NCBI GenBank assembly: GCA_965235115.1
Contig: OZ249446.1
Location: 7,068,001-7,132,000 of the forward strand
DNA: 64,000 nucleotides
Direction: 5' to 3'
Source: Laetmonice hystrix
Lineage: Eukaryota
A model generated the notes under the pieces. The model saw only the letters and a list, made by a program, of their open reading frames with translations, had not been told where the DNA came from and did not search any database. This document shows, one piece after another, positions 1 through 12,800 of this stretch (the stretch's first letter is position 1; every line of letters starts with the position of its first letter). The position numbers were made by a program, and so were the translations under genes.

Positions 1-3000
1 TTTTACATGTACACTTAGCCTATTTAATATTCTTCCCGCGTTTGCAAGTATTCTCATTGCCTTTTACATAATTCAGGTAATATATTGTTAGTGATCTGAT
101 TGCAATAGTCTTTTCACAAGATGATAAAAATAACTTGATGAACATGTTTAAATAGCTGAAAACAAATGAGGGTACCGTTCTAAAATGGTCCATTAGGGGA
201 GGATTGGAGGAGGGTATAGGCCTATCACTTTTTTCTGAGGACCACTTCCTAATCTATTTCCCTGCTGAGTTTATTCAAATGATTCTTGCTGACAGCTGTG
301 AACTTTACTCTGAACGGCGAACATCCTCTAACAAATGGAAAACGAATCAAAAGACGGGCGGTGTGCAAACAACTCCAGGACGATGAGGGTTTGGCAAACG
401 TCGTGGCGACACCTCAAGGGTGTGCTGTGTCTGCAGCGTGACTCGGAGTGGCCGGCAACTCTCGGGTTTCCTGGCTTCAGGCCGCTCGTTCTCCTGGCCA
501 GACCAGCCAGCCGGCCGGGATCCCTTCCTCACAGTCACACGTCTCTTTCTCTCAGTACACCGGCCCAATGCTGGCTGATCCAGGGGAGGGAGTATATATT
601 TGTGTGTACCCGGTGGAGTTTTGTGTCTCTGTGGCCACAGTTTGACAGAGTTCAAATTGACACAAGCAATGATCTGCATGCATGTACCGGGATCACTTGT
701 CCTAATAAAACGTGCTAAACCGAAACTTTCCGTGTCATACGGTTCAAACTGTCTGTGGAGGAGAAAAGATGGATCAAACTGAGATCAGCTCTGTCCAGAA
801 ACTGCTCTATGATATCCTTCCTCTATCCCGGCACATCTGATCCAATACTGATATATGATACCAAACATACATGGGAGTTCTTTACACATGGATATTTAGG
901 ATTTATTACATAAAGTTTTATTCAAATAAAAGGAAATTTGTATTAAAAAACGTTATCCCCTGACATATGATTTACCATAGGGTGAACACCTTCCTGGGAT
1001 CATACGATACTGTGTATATCTTCGTGAGAAACCACCTCTCATACACGTGTACTCTTCATGTAACAGCTGCACTCGACCTGCATGGCTGACCCCCTTGACA
1101 CTGTGAACCCTTCCAATATTATCTCCCAGAGGTGATAATTTCCTGCACTTGTCTCGTTAACTGCTGAGACCGTGCTCATTCCTTGAGACCTCCGTGAGGG
1201 CGCTGGGCGGTGAGAAGGTCCGACCAGGCCGAGCTGGTTGTGTTGAGCTCTCTGGCTCTGGTCTCGATCAGACTCGACAGCCTCGATTGTTTTCTAGTAA
1301 ACAGCTATCCTGTCCATCACTGGGACAAGCCTCCCGGCTGCAGCCTCTGTCAAACAGCCAACAATTTATAGCTCAGTCTCATGTTGGTTGTTATATGCGA
1401 CCAGCACTGGTGGCGTTGTGAGATTGGGACAACCTTACTCGATGGTTGTCTGAGTGGGGCGTCCTTCGCTCTCTCAGCCATACCGTCTGCTTATTAGTCT
1501 TCTCAGACACATATCTGTGGACCGCGGGACCTCCAAACTTAGCCCAACACAAGAAAATAGTATTAATACTGGTGTCAGGCCCTGCTGGATATTGTTATTG
1601 AAACAACTGTGTCCTGATTATTATATTGTTAGGAAAACAAGGTTTGTCATTTCCATTCACTTTTTATCAGTATCCAAATTAGAATTGACAAGCGGAAATT
1701 GGCAATAGAAAAAAACTACGATAGATGAAAGCCTGCTAACAAAAATGTAGGCCTAATACCTCCAGTGAAAATTGGCACCTTTTGACATAATGGGTCCAAC
1801 CATATTTTCCGAAGACCAGCAACCAATAAAAGATATTTGTTATAACCTGCTAACGTTAATACTATATTGGTTCATAATACATGTTGTACACAAATTATAG
1901 TTTGCCTGTCAGGATTTCTATTTCTATAACCCCTACCTACCTGATCCGAACCTGATGGGCAAGGATCAACTATATCCGTAACAAATGGATGTTGTTGAGA
2001 ATTATCTTTCTTTCTATGACTACACAATATAAAGCGGTGATAGTGCCAAGGACTTAGGTGGTTTGGAGGCGGATATAATGGGATTGTTAAAAACTTGATA
2101 GGGATGATGAGGTGGTTGTACCGTGGAGAGGAATGAGGAGTAAAATACATTGTACCTGGGGGTATGGGGCTTCAAGTATAGGAATGCCAGGTATGTATCG
2201 GGTATCACATCCGATTACCTCGGTTCCAAGGAGGTCAAACCAGTACCGACCCCTTAGGGCTAAGGTGGGAGCACTAGAGACCCCTAATGACCCCCAATGG
2301 AGACCCCTTCTAAATTGAGTTTGGGATTTCATGGAATGTTGGAGTGTTAAAATCCACTGGCCAGTGGAGAACGATTCGAAGGTCGGTAATATAGCAGCAA
2401 GGATCTGATCATTCAATGGATTTATCTACGACACCAAATGATATGGGGACATTATCTCTGTACCCTGTTTCGACATCCATGACGTGTAGTTGATATCCTT
2501 GATAACGAGGTTATTCTAGATTCACACAGGGACACACTAAGCTGGTAATAACAACAAAAGTGTTTCGCAAGGGGTCTTGTGATTAAGTATTGGAAACAGA
2601 AAAAAATGTCTCACAAAAAGGGAGCAGAAGAGCCTTCCTCTTAGATGGGCCCATGGGCCATTATGACCACCAGCAAGAGGCTCATGGACCACATAGTGAG
2701 CCACTCCGTCCCTCCCCAGTCGTCGATGAGATCGGGAGCATATTGTGCAGCTATATCCAGGTGCTTGGCTCACATCTTTAATCATCCCCTCATCACCAGC
2801 AGGCTAAGTAAACTACTGTATGTTCTCGCCGTCATATGGCTAATAGAGGCTGACAAGGCAGGAACCTACCGATCACTCACCCACGATCAGACGTCAGCTC
2901 AGCAACTATAGTCTTGTGGGATTCAAGCACCTGACCATCCCCTGAACGAAGTCCATGAATTCAATTTTTTCGAGACAGAAATTCATGCCTCATGAATAAT

Positions 3001-3368
3001 TTAATTTAACGAATAGTACATATTCATAGTCTTCCTCTCCTCTTGTACTTAACCACCCCCAAATCTACCCTCAGACATTTCTCTGCCATCTCCGCCGTTG
3101 ATCGTGCTTCGCCTGCCGCCTGGAGGTTAGCCTGGCCATATGGAACATGTCCACCCGGGCCTTTTTATCTCAAGTCTGTCTGCAGGGCTGGGTGAGGGAG
3201 ACATGTACCTGGTTCTGTAAGGGTCAGTTTACCCCATTCTTAGACAGCGTGGGGACAGTAGAAGTGGCAGTCTGGGGGCCCACTCTACTGCTTGACAGAA
3301 CTGACCATAAACACAGATATCACCAAGATATATAACCACACAAAACATTGCCGAACTGCAGCAGCTCT

Positions 3369-4126
3369 GCATGGAGCCTGTCCTATCTACAGAGTGGAGC
3401 ATGGAGGCTGCCCTATCTACGGAGTGGAGCATGGAGCCTTTACTATCTACGGGGTGGAGCATGTAGGCTGCCCTATCTACGGAGTGGAGCATGGAGCCTG
3501 CCCTATCTACGGAGTGGAGCATGGAGCCTGTCCTATCTACGGAGTGGAGCATGTAGGCTGCCCTATCTACGGAGTGGAGCATGGAGGCTGCCCTATCTAC
3601 GGAGTGGAGCATGGAGCCTGTCCTATCTACGGAGTGGAGCATGTAGACTGCCCTATCTACGGAGTGGAGCATGGAGGCTGCCCTATCTACGGAGTGGAGC
3701 ATGGAGGCTGCCCGATCTACGGAGTGGAGCATGGAGCCTGTCCTATCTACAGAGTGGAGCATGGAGGCTGCCCTATCTACGGAGTGGAGCATGGAACCTG
3801 TCCTATCTACGGAGTGGAGCATGGAGGCTGCCCTATGTACGGAGTGGAGCATGGAGGCTGCCCTATCTACGGAGTGGAGCATGTAGGCTGTCCTATCTAC
3901 GGAGTGGAGCATGTAAGCTGCCCTATCTACGGAGTGGAGCATGGAGGCTGCCCTATGTACGGAGTGGAGCATGGAGGCTGCCCGATCTACGGAGTGGAGC
4001 ATGGAGCCTGTCCTATCTACGGAGTGGAGCATGGAGGCTGTCCTATCTACGGAGTGGAGCATGTAGGCTGCCCTATCTACGGCGCGGAGCATGGACCCTG
4101 TCCTATCTACGGAGTGGAGCATGGAG
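3369..4126. repeat. 30-bp minisatellite, about 25 copies (ggagtggagcatggaggctgccctatctac)
   Basis: Visible exact periodicity. Source of the CPIYGVEHGG / MLHSVDRAAS ORFs. Confidence 0.98.
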
Positions 4127-4404
4127 AATGAGCTAAACGGTGGATCTGGAAGGACCCAGGAGCTGAACTTGTAATCCGTCACCACCTCCTGTACCGTGGC
4201 TCTCCGGTCTCAGTTAATGGGCTTGTCATGTTGGAGAGTTTTTGTCAAGACAGTCTGGGGCACTGGTACCGAGATTAGTCTCATATACGTACGCCACACG
4301 TAGATCCTGGGGGATTAACAGTTAAGGGAAGATTACCAACACCCCCGCCCAGATTACCTGCTATTATTCCCAGCTTTATATCTGCCGCCTCCAGCTCCCA
4401 CCCT

Positions 4405-4649
4405 CTCTCAGTACCCATTCTGGCCGTTCCCAATCCCACCCCGTCTCAGTACCCATTCTGGCCGTTCCCAACCCCACCCCGTCTCAGTACCCATTCTGGC
4501 CGTTCCCAACCCCACCCCGTCTCAGTACCCATTCTGGCCGTTCCCAACCCCACCCCGTCTCAGTACCCATTCTGGCCGTTCCCAACCCCACCCCGTCTCA
4601 GTACCCATTCTGGCCGTTCCCAACCCCACCCCGTCTCAGTACCCATTCT
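4405..4649. repeat. 38-bp minisatellite, about 6.5 copies (ctcagtacccattctggccgttcccaaccccaccccgt)
   Basis: Near-identical units starting at 4407, 4445, 4483, 4521, 4559 and 4597. Confidence 0.97.
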
Positions 4650-4935
4650 TGCCTACTATAACAAGGTTATGTGATATGGATGAGAAGGTAAAATAAAGCT
4701 ATCTGCCTCACTATATTTCCCATTTATGCCTATTAAAACACAGTTAAGTGTAATATATGGGAATGTGACAAATGTATAAAAACATGCACATACAACTCCC
4801 CATCCCACCCACCCGTATGCGGGAAAAGAAGAGGAGGATAAATAACTAGTGAATTATTGTTTATAAAAATGGATCCATGTTGCTCTACCAGCACGATTAA
4901 TCAATATTATCATGTTAATATATCATTTCTATATA

Positions 4936-5393
4936 CCAGCACAGTTTCTGAGATATTGGGTCCACTTATTGTACCAGTACAGTTTCTGAGATATTGGCTC
5001 CACTTATTGTACCAGTACAGTTTCTGAGATATTGGCTCCACTTATTGTACCAGTACAGTTTCTGAGATATTGGCTCCACTTATTGTACCAGTACAGTTTC
5101 TGAGATATTGGCTCCACTTATTGTACCAGTACAGTTTCTGAGATATTGGCTCCACTTATTGTACCAGTACAGTTTCTGAGATATTGGCTCCACTTATTGT
5201 ACCAGTACAGTTTCTGAGATATTGGCTCCACTTATTGTACCAGTACAGTTTCTGAGATATTGGCTCCACTTATTTATTGTACCAGTACAGTTTCTGAGAT
5301 ATTGGCTCCACTTATTGTACCAGTACAGTTTCTGAGATATTGGCTCCACTTATTGTACCAGTACAGTTTCTGAGATATTGGCTCCACTTATTG
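4936..5393. repeat. 38-bp minisatellite, 12 copies (ccagtacagtttctgagatattggctccacttattgta)
   Basis: Near-identical units, one with a 4-nt ttat duplication. Unrelated to the neighbouring 38-bp array. Confidence 0.97.
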
Positions 5394-6082
5394 TTAGAAT
5401 TCTACCGATATGTTACACAGATATAGTCGATTAGGTTGATAGCCGCGTCTTAACACTAAGCAGGCCCCAAATGTTCGATCAGCTGGTAAACACGTGTGTT
5501 CATGAGCTCACCCATCCCATTCCCAGGCTGAAAACGGGCAAGGAAGGAATTCTAAACATCTTGGCAAAAACACTAGCATAAAAAATTATTGTTTAGAAAC
5601 TAAAATTATAAACAGAATGGTTTGGAATTCCTGTAACTATGCACTTGTTTCGATGTTAATTTTCCTTCTTACATTTATTTACCGGGTAGATTCTCCTCCT
5701 TTCTCTCCCTGACATTGATATCGCTCCCTTGGGTTTTTTTCTCACTCCAATGATGGTAACGACCGACATGTGGATGAATGTGCGGGGTGCCAGGAAGCCA
5801 GTGAAACGTGTAAATTACAGCCGATTGTCTCCAACTGTTCCGTCTGATGACTGTCCCCAACGCCGAGTTATTTTTACCGTGTACACGAACAGGAACAGTC
5901 CCCCCCCCCCCCCCCCCGCCGACCTCCCCGGCCTTCCTCCGGGACGAGCTGCCAACAGAAGCAAACATACTAACTACTCGACAAACCCCTCTGACCATCC
6001 CAGCCGTGCGTGGACCTGTGGTGACAGATGGGCCTGGGCATTCCTCGTCGACATACCCCAGCCATGGTAATCACCAAACCCA

Positions 6083-6156
6083 TCACCGTCACCATCGCCA
6101 CCGCCGCCATCACCACCGCCATCACCACCGCCATCACCACCGTCATCACCACCGCC
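6083..6156. repeat. Degenerate (CAC/CAT/CGC)n low-complexity repeat (catcaccaccgc units)
   Basis: Read directly. Gives the His/Arg- and Thr/Ala/Ile-rich ORFs in the track. Confidence 0.9.
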
Positions 6157-7990
6157 ATATCGACACCGTGTCCCCCGTCTATCTCACACTCACAGCTTCC
6201 TAAACCATTCTCACCGCGGGATCCAACCTTATAACATTTCTCCCGTAAATGACATTTTCATCGACCCCCCTTACCTTCATTTTCTAATCTCACTCCAACG
6301 TCTGAGACAAAACACCCTGCCCAGCATCCTGCCCACGATACCAATACCTTTCTATAGCCTGAAGCCGTTAGTCGGTTTGAATTAGGCCCTGGATCTGTAG
6401 GTCATAACTTGGTCTCCCAAGGAGCTCACTGACGAGTATCCGAGTTCTTCCCTTCAAGTATTCGGTCTTTTTGGTCCGTTTTAACAGTCTCCTTCCCTCA
6501 ACAAACGCTGCACGGGTGAAAAGAGACAATAGACCGGGTTCTATAAGAGGAGAATGCTCGTGGAAAGAAACGGCGACAGGGCCATAATATATACATCAGA
6601 AGACATGACCGAGTCAGCCCTCAGTACAAGGGTCCGATGGGGGTTGAAATGAGGAGAGAATGGGTAGCAAATTGACAGGCCGAGAGTTGAACAGAGAAGG
6701 AGGATACATCCTCACATCCCAGCGAGGATGGGAACAGGTCTTTGTGGTATATGGGTCCTGGATTGAAGGCGGGTTGGAATGACGGAATAGTACTGCAGAA
6801 TGTATAGTTTACACTTTGGACTGGGCTTTGGGTTCACACCTCTCCTGGTATAGACCAACTTTGTATATAGACTAAGGGTAAAAGTCTATAAGGTTGTAAC
6901 GGGAGATGACGGAGTGAGTCGGTCGGTGGGGGGTAGAGTGGAGATTATATCCCTCATCACCTAAACTAAAATATCGCTCACGTGACATGACCCTATAGTG
7001 GTGGACTGACAACATAATTCTTCTCAAACCCTGGGGGCAAGGAAATCATTTTTCCTTAAAAAAAATTCCATCTATCATGTGTACAACTACTTTTTTTACC
7101 CGTAGAACTGGAACACCTACTAATATAGGCCTAGGCGAGACTTATCAAATATCAATTTCAAAAATGATTTAATTCGTGCAAATATTAATGAAATGAAAGA
7201 AATTCCACAGCGATTAATATCAACCCCTGTACACGCTGTCCCCTGCCGTTTTAATGAGTACACTTAGTAAGTTGTTAGCACTCGGCGATGTCAACCATCA
7301 TCACACGCGTTCGGTACGTAATCACTTCAAAAAATGTTCACCAAGGGGCCAACCGCTGACTCCTGGCCCATGACCTTAACGTCATGGCACATGGTTTACA
7401 TCCGGGATCCTCTCACGCCAGCCAGGGCCCCTATACTGGAGACAATGAAGGTCAATTAGCAATTGAGTTTGGCCCTCATTGACCCTTCGATTGGCGCTCG
7501 TTAGGGATTAACGAGTGTCAGAGACACAGAACGATGTTCTGACATGTGAGGGAGGCCTAGCATGGTCACGTGACATACAGACCAGCAGAATTTGGGGTTT
7601 CCATTAAGTATGAAAATAGCAGGAGGCTTTGTATGTTATGATGATTTAACCTAACCCACCTGCCATAATTTTCAATGAAATTGGGTAGGGTTACGGCTTA
7701 CTAAAGAGGATCAACTTTAATATAGAGCTGTTCGGCGTGCCATAGACCTATTTTTAATGTTAACCATGCATACGGCGTATCAAACCCTCACACTTGCAAC
7801 ACAAGGTTGTCTTTTCCTACAATAGCAGCCAATTTAACAGAGATTTTGAAAACTAAATCCATTAAAACAACTGAAAAATTAATTTAATCTCTTCTATATC
7901 TGAAACTATTAGGGACCAGGGCATTGTCGAGCAATTCCACCGCCGAGTCTGAATTAAATTCATATTATGGATAGGATGTGTGGGTTTTCG

Positions 7991-8121
7991 ATCATTAACT
8001 GTGGCCAGACTCTTACCAGAGAGACGTTATTTTCTATCATTAACTGTGGCCAGACTCTTACCAGAGAGACGTTATTTTCTATCATTAACTGTAGCCAGAC
8101 TCTTACCAGAGAGACGTTATT
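7991..8121. repeat. 45-bp tandem repeat, about 3 copies
   Basis: atcattaactgtggccagactcttaccagagagacgttattttct repeated. Confidence 0.95.
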
Positions 8122-9774
8122 GCCATACAGATTCAACAGCCGCACCTTTTAATTATGCGACGATGTGTTCTGACGATGTGCTGTCTTTATTTATCTGTTG
8201 ACCTTGAGTACTGTCATGACCTTGTACGACTACATACCATGACATTGCTGCCAACAAGACACCGTCTGTGACAAAATGCTTCTCAAGCAACTCGTCTTTT
8301 ATTCTGAACGCAACACGATTTTTTTCTTCCCATCTTGATCCTCAATGGAATTTTCTTACCCAATAATAAGTCTCTATTTTACCTGCCGTACGCACATGGA
8401 ATAGAAACACCAGAGAGTCTAGGACTTGACCCTCTGGTGACATCTCGTCACCCCATGCACTGAACAAGTTCAAGGTGACCTATGGACGAGATTTGAAAAC
8501 ATAGAATGAGGGGGTTGCCTCTTATGTTGGGCTTAACCTTCTGTCTCGGGATTATGAAACCAGCTAACGTTCTGCCTTGTTAAATTTCGGTAATTTATTA
8601 CTGGCGGATTTTTTACAAATCATTTCTCAGAGGACCGGGCCATTCACGACATCATTATACAAAATTAAGGCCTCAAAAATAATTTCTAATTTGCCGGTTT
8701 TCACTAATACTCAACCGTTTTTTTTAATTTTCCATGCACTGTTAATTTTCAGGAAGCGATCGACTTTGATGTATGGGCCAGAGCCAGCCACATTGGCCAC
8801 CTATGTATTGTATTATTTTCATAGGCAACAACTCTATTAAAGTGACAACAGGTGATGTTCTATGACACTGTGACCTTCCAAACCCCTGTGACAGCGTAAC
8901 TCACCACGACACCTGGCGAGTGAACACCTAAACAAAATATCCCTACCATCGGTCAGCCACTGTCACAGTATACTTTTTGTATCTGTAAAACACAAGCCTG
9001 GAGTATTTTTTTCGAATATTTTAAAAATACGAATTCTTGGAGCACTATGCCATGCAGCAAACTCCATCATGTTTTGAATAGGTTAAAGTGCACCGTCAGG
9101 CCGAATAAATTTCCCTTGGGTATAATTTGATAAACTGGTTCATTATAGGCCTACATCATCGTTTGCATGTGTACATGACTAGATATTATGCCATAATATA
9201 CTCTCAAAAACTCGGTCCACTGTTAGATATTCTGAGCTACTATCAGATACTGATCAAATTTATGACACCGACCTGAGCGATATTAATCAGTAAACAATGG
9301 CACATACGTCATAAACCTCTCAAACTGACACGTGCGTTTTTCAAATCTATGCAAAGCCAATCAATAACATCAATTAAAGGCTTGTAAAAGTTGTTCACCT
9401 GTTTGACAGTCTTCTCTCAAAATACCTCTTGATTTATCCTAGTTGTTTAATATGCATCAATACATTACACCATACAACAATTCCGCAGTACTGTCGGAGA
9501 CACACATGTATTCTAATAGCGTAGATGATAGATACCTGAACCAATATGCCATGATGGTTAGATTTTTATCTTATCAATACCTTTCACAATTTCTACATCA
9601 ATTATTTCTACGGACAAGCAGCCTTGAAAAAAGGAACCCCTTGAATTCTCCCACTGAAATAATATTAACATAATGCAGACCCATTACTCTCCGGAGAGGA
9701 AACACTTTTTCAGTCATGCTCTTTCGGTTTTGTTTGGCGATAAATCAGGAGATTAAACGAATGATATGACTTAC

Positions 9775-9857
9775 CCTTTTGCAGGAGTTTTGGCACTGGG
9801 TGACGAGGGGTAGACCACAGCAGGAGAGTCCCGACCAGACGTCAGCACTGCTCACCG
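9775..9857 (-). CDS. RECK: RECK coding exon 5: (A)VSSADVWSGLSCCGLPLVTQCQNSCKR, start of CC2 domain, 83 nt, phase 1-0
   Basis: Acceptor gtttttctgttggttgacAG and donor AGG|GTAAGT. W-x-GL-x-CC-x7-C-x3-CK matches vertebrate DGWVGLGCCELAIALECRQACKQ. Lies within track ORF 9745..9942. Confidence 0.93.
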
Positions 9858-12800
9858 CTGTCAACCAACAGAAAAACACGACGATTATTACCCTCCACCT
9901 CTTCGTCCACCTCCTCCGACTCTGGCCAACCCTCCACTCCATCTTTACCCACCCTGGGGTGAGGAGAGGGGGTGTTCAGAGCCCGGATACACAGGGGGGT
10001 AGGAAGTCCGCTGGGTGAAGGCTTGACGGTCACTTGATGAGGTTACCATTCACAGGTAATGTGAGCGTATGTAAACAATCCACTACATCTACCTGTGTAT
10101 GGACATTGAGAGGGTGAACCCCACACGTGCACCCCACCTTGTATATAACCACACAACAGTCTGACTTCAACACCAGCCGGGCATCAACTGTCATAAATCC
10201 AATCAATCAAAGTTAGCAAAAGATCACGAGTACATAGGCTTTACTATTACGGTAATCCAGGGGAAACGTCTTCCACCTCACTGACATTGTTTGAGAGAAA
10301 TAACATTTATAATCCTTTGATAAAAATCATCCCATGGGCACAAACTTTGCTTTACTTTCACTGCAGCCTAGCACCAGCATACTGGATTGCCTCTGCATCA
10401 CATAAGACAGCTAAAGGCAGTGTGACGTCAAGTTTCACATGGCTGTACGTGATGTAATCCAATACACAAGTTGTTAAATCCAATCAGTCACAGATACATG
10501 GTAAAGATGATGTCTCGAGACCTCATGTACTCAAGCTCTCCCATCAACTACAAACTTTCTTCAAGCTGACATGATGAAGTAATAAATAGCATGTCATTGT
10601 TTGACATCTCTGTCAAAACGGAATGTGCTGTGCCTGTAAAAGTGCCAACGTTGTCACTTGAGATCCTACGTTCTTCAATGCCTACTTAAAACACATGGCA
10701 TTTGTCCTTGTTTTTTTCTCAGTCAAGAAACAGTGTGTGGTTCGCGGACAGAACTTAGTACTGTCCATTTTTTTCATTTCAACTTGTTTTCATTTGCTTT
10801 CTGCGCGAACATCTCGTAATATGTTCACCGTTACCAATCGTTACGAATCGTTTGCCAATCGTTCCAATATTGTCTGGTATTATACGAGTTTGATACCGCA
10901 CCACGTCACTCTGATAGATCACTTGTTGATACGGGTTACCAAACTGGCGAAGGTCTTGTCCCGTTCCTCCTCCTCTGTAACAGTGTAAGTCGGTGTAACG
11001 TCTACAAACAGTTTCAGTCGTCATTTGCCTCAGGAGAATCGTGAACTAAACGTCCAAAGCACCACCCTCATCGGTTTACAAGTTGGATTACTTTTCTGAC
11101 TTATTTGTCCTTGGTCAGGCCGTTAACTTGGCATTGTTATTCTATGGAATTGTCACATTCAATGAGCATGGAGACTTCACGGTTGAATATCCTAAACTGG
11201 CACCATGTATCTGTCCAGCAGGATGCTCAGGCCCCTTGTGTAATGTGATAAATTAAAACAGTTTGCATGCCGCACTGCTATACCATCGCCGCAGGTCGTG
11301 AAAGTCGACTTGTACCATCACTACGTCCTTCTTTTAACTTCACCACTGACGATAAAAACTTCTCCAAAGTTGTGAGAGGAGCGTGCACTGAGACATCTCC
11401 AGTGACCCGGAGTGGTCGCGACAGTTGGGATGGTGGAGGTCGGGACACACAATCAGTGCGGCTAACATCGCCTCCTCCTCCTCCTCCCCCGCCGCCACCG
11501 CTGTCCGTGCCGTCGGTGCTATGAGTGCCACGGGTCGGACCCTCAGTCAGTGCTCCGGGTGTGATCCGCTGCCTGTCCCCGGCCGCCACTCTTAACACTA
11601 CCGTACAATGCCGGGCTAACCGGCATTAATGACCGTCCCCTTCCTCCCCGTGACAATCATGTCACAGTCATTGTACTCGCCTGTTCACAGGGCGCTCAGC
11701 GGACATTCCGCCAACCACCAATCACAGCCAAGTTAAGTGCCAGTCACCCACTCAGCTCTCCAATCTGGGAAGAAATCAGACCCAAATGGATTCTGATCGC
11801 CCATTTCGTTACGGCACTTTGGGCCAATGAAACTCCGCCATCCACGGAACATGAAGTATTAGCCAGCCAGTTTGCCCTGATGGTCTTTGCTTCCGCTAAT
11901 GACGATTTCCTTATATTAAATCAGTGATGCCTGACAGACTGCTATATGAAGTGACCACTTGACACTCTGTGTGAAATGGACCAGTACTCCCCGTGTGCGC
12001 GTCAATTCACTCCAACTACAGTGTCTGACCTTTTTCAATCTAAATAATCATGTTCCCATTAACACTTCATGTGAACTTTTTTTTAAAGTTCTGCTCGCAA
12101 ATTTTCTTATCGCATCCAAACACTTTGACATGAACCTTGAGGAGGCGACCATGATCTTCCTGCAGTACTGTCAGTGCTGTCACAGGTAATTGCTTACATT
12201 GGCAAAGACCGGTCACTTTAACGGAACTCAATTGGCGACAAATCTGACAAAGTAATCAGCCCATTGACATCAGACCGAGCGGCTGGGATCCCGGCCCGAA
12301 CCCTCACCCCTTGTAAGCCATGTCTCCTTATAACTTATACTTTCACTCATGAAAAGATTCCTGATTCTGAATGATTCAATTGTGCGAGTGGTGACCGAGC
12401 CGAGACGAAGCGGCCTTGTCACGGCTCGGGTGACGACAATTCACCTGTCACGGTTTAGGAGATAATGAGCTCGAAAAGTGAGATCCTCCTTGATCCAGAC
12501 AGAACCCTCCTGAATACAGTCGCAACATTAAATATGCATCTCAGCAAGGTGCAGCATTTGCATGGAATACCACACGTGTCGACGGCAAGCAGAGGTAAAT
12601 AGTGTTCATCCCGTATAAATAAGCGCCATACATGCGTCTTGTTTGTTGAGCAACCCTACAAAGTGGATTGGCTGCCACCTTCACGGCCGGGGGCAGCTCC
12701 CATTGGATGCCCAGCCGACAGGGCTGAAATCTTGTCCTATGTACCAGCACTTAGCTGATATTCACAAATACACAACCCTGCCATCTCCAATTTCACAGCT

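Noticed and set aside
271-330. Possible RECK exon 6 (RMFAVQSKVHSCQQESFE after a ttgttAG acceptor)
   Set aside because: Runs into TAA with no GT donor, and similarity to ASSKNDISKVCRKEYE is weak. Exon 6 is probably beyond the window, though I may have missed it.
2720-2781. DEIGSILCSY resembling RECK CC3 start (NEMGSVCCSY)
   Set aside because: On the + strand, opposite to the gene, and lacks the CC pair.
3229-4185. Long ORFs with Cys/His decapeptide repeats (CPIYGVEHGG etc.)
   Set aside because: Produced by the 30-bp array, open on both strands, non-ATG starts in the track, no splice context; intronic to RECK.
7565-7574. Perfect GTCACGTGAC (USF/TFEB-type) motif; further E-boxes at 41.6-41.8 kb
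   Set aside because: Short motifs without supporting promoter context.
10560-10680. Minus-strand RRISSDNVGTFTGTA, reminiscent of a BEL/Pao integrase SDN motif
   Set aside because: Flanked by stops and the downstream W-x-F...GG-x-WER motif is absent. An HMM search (rve) would be needed.
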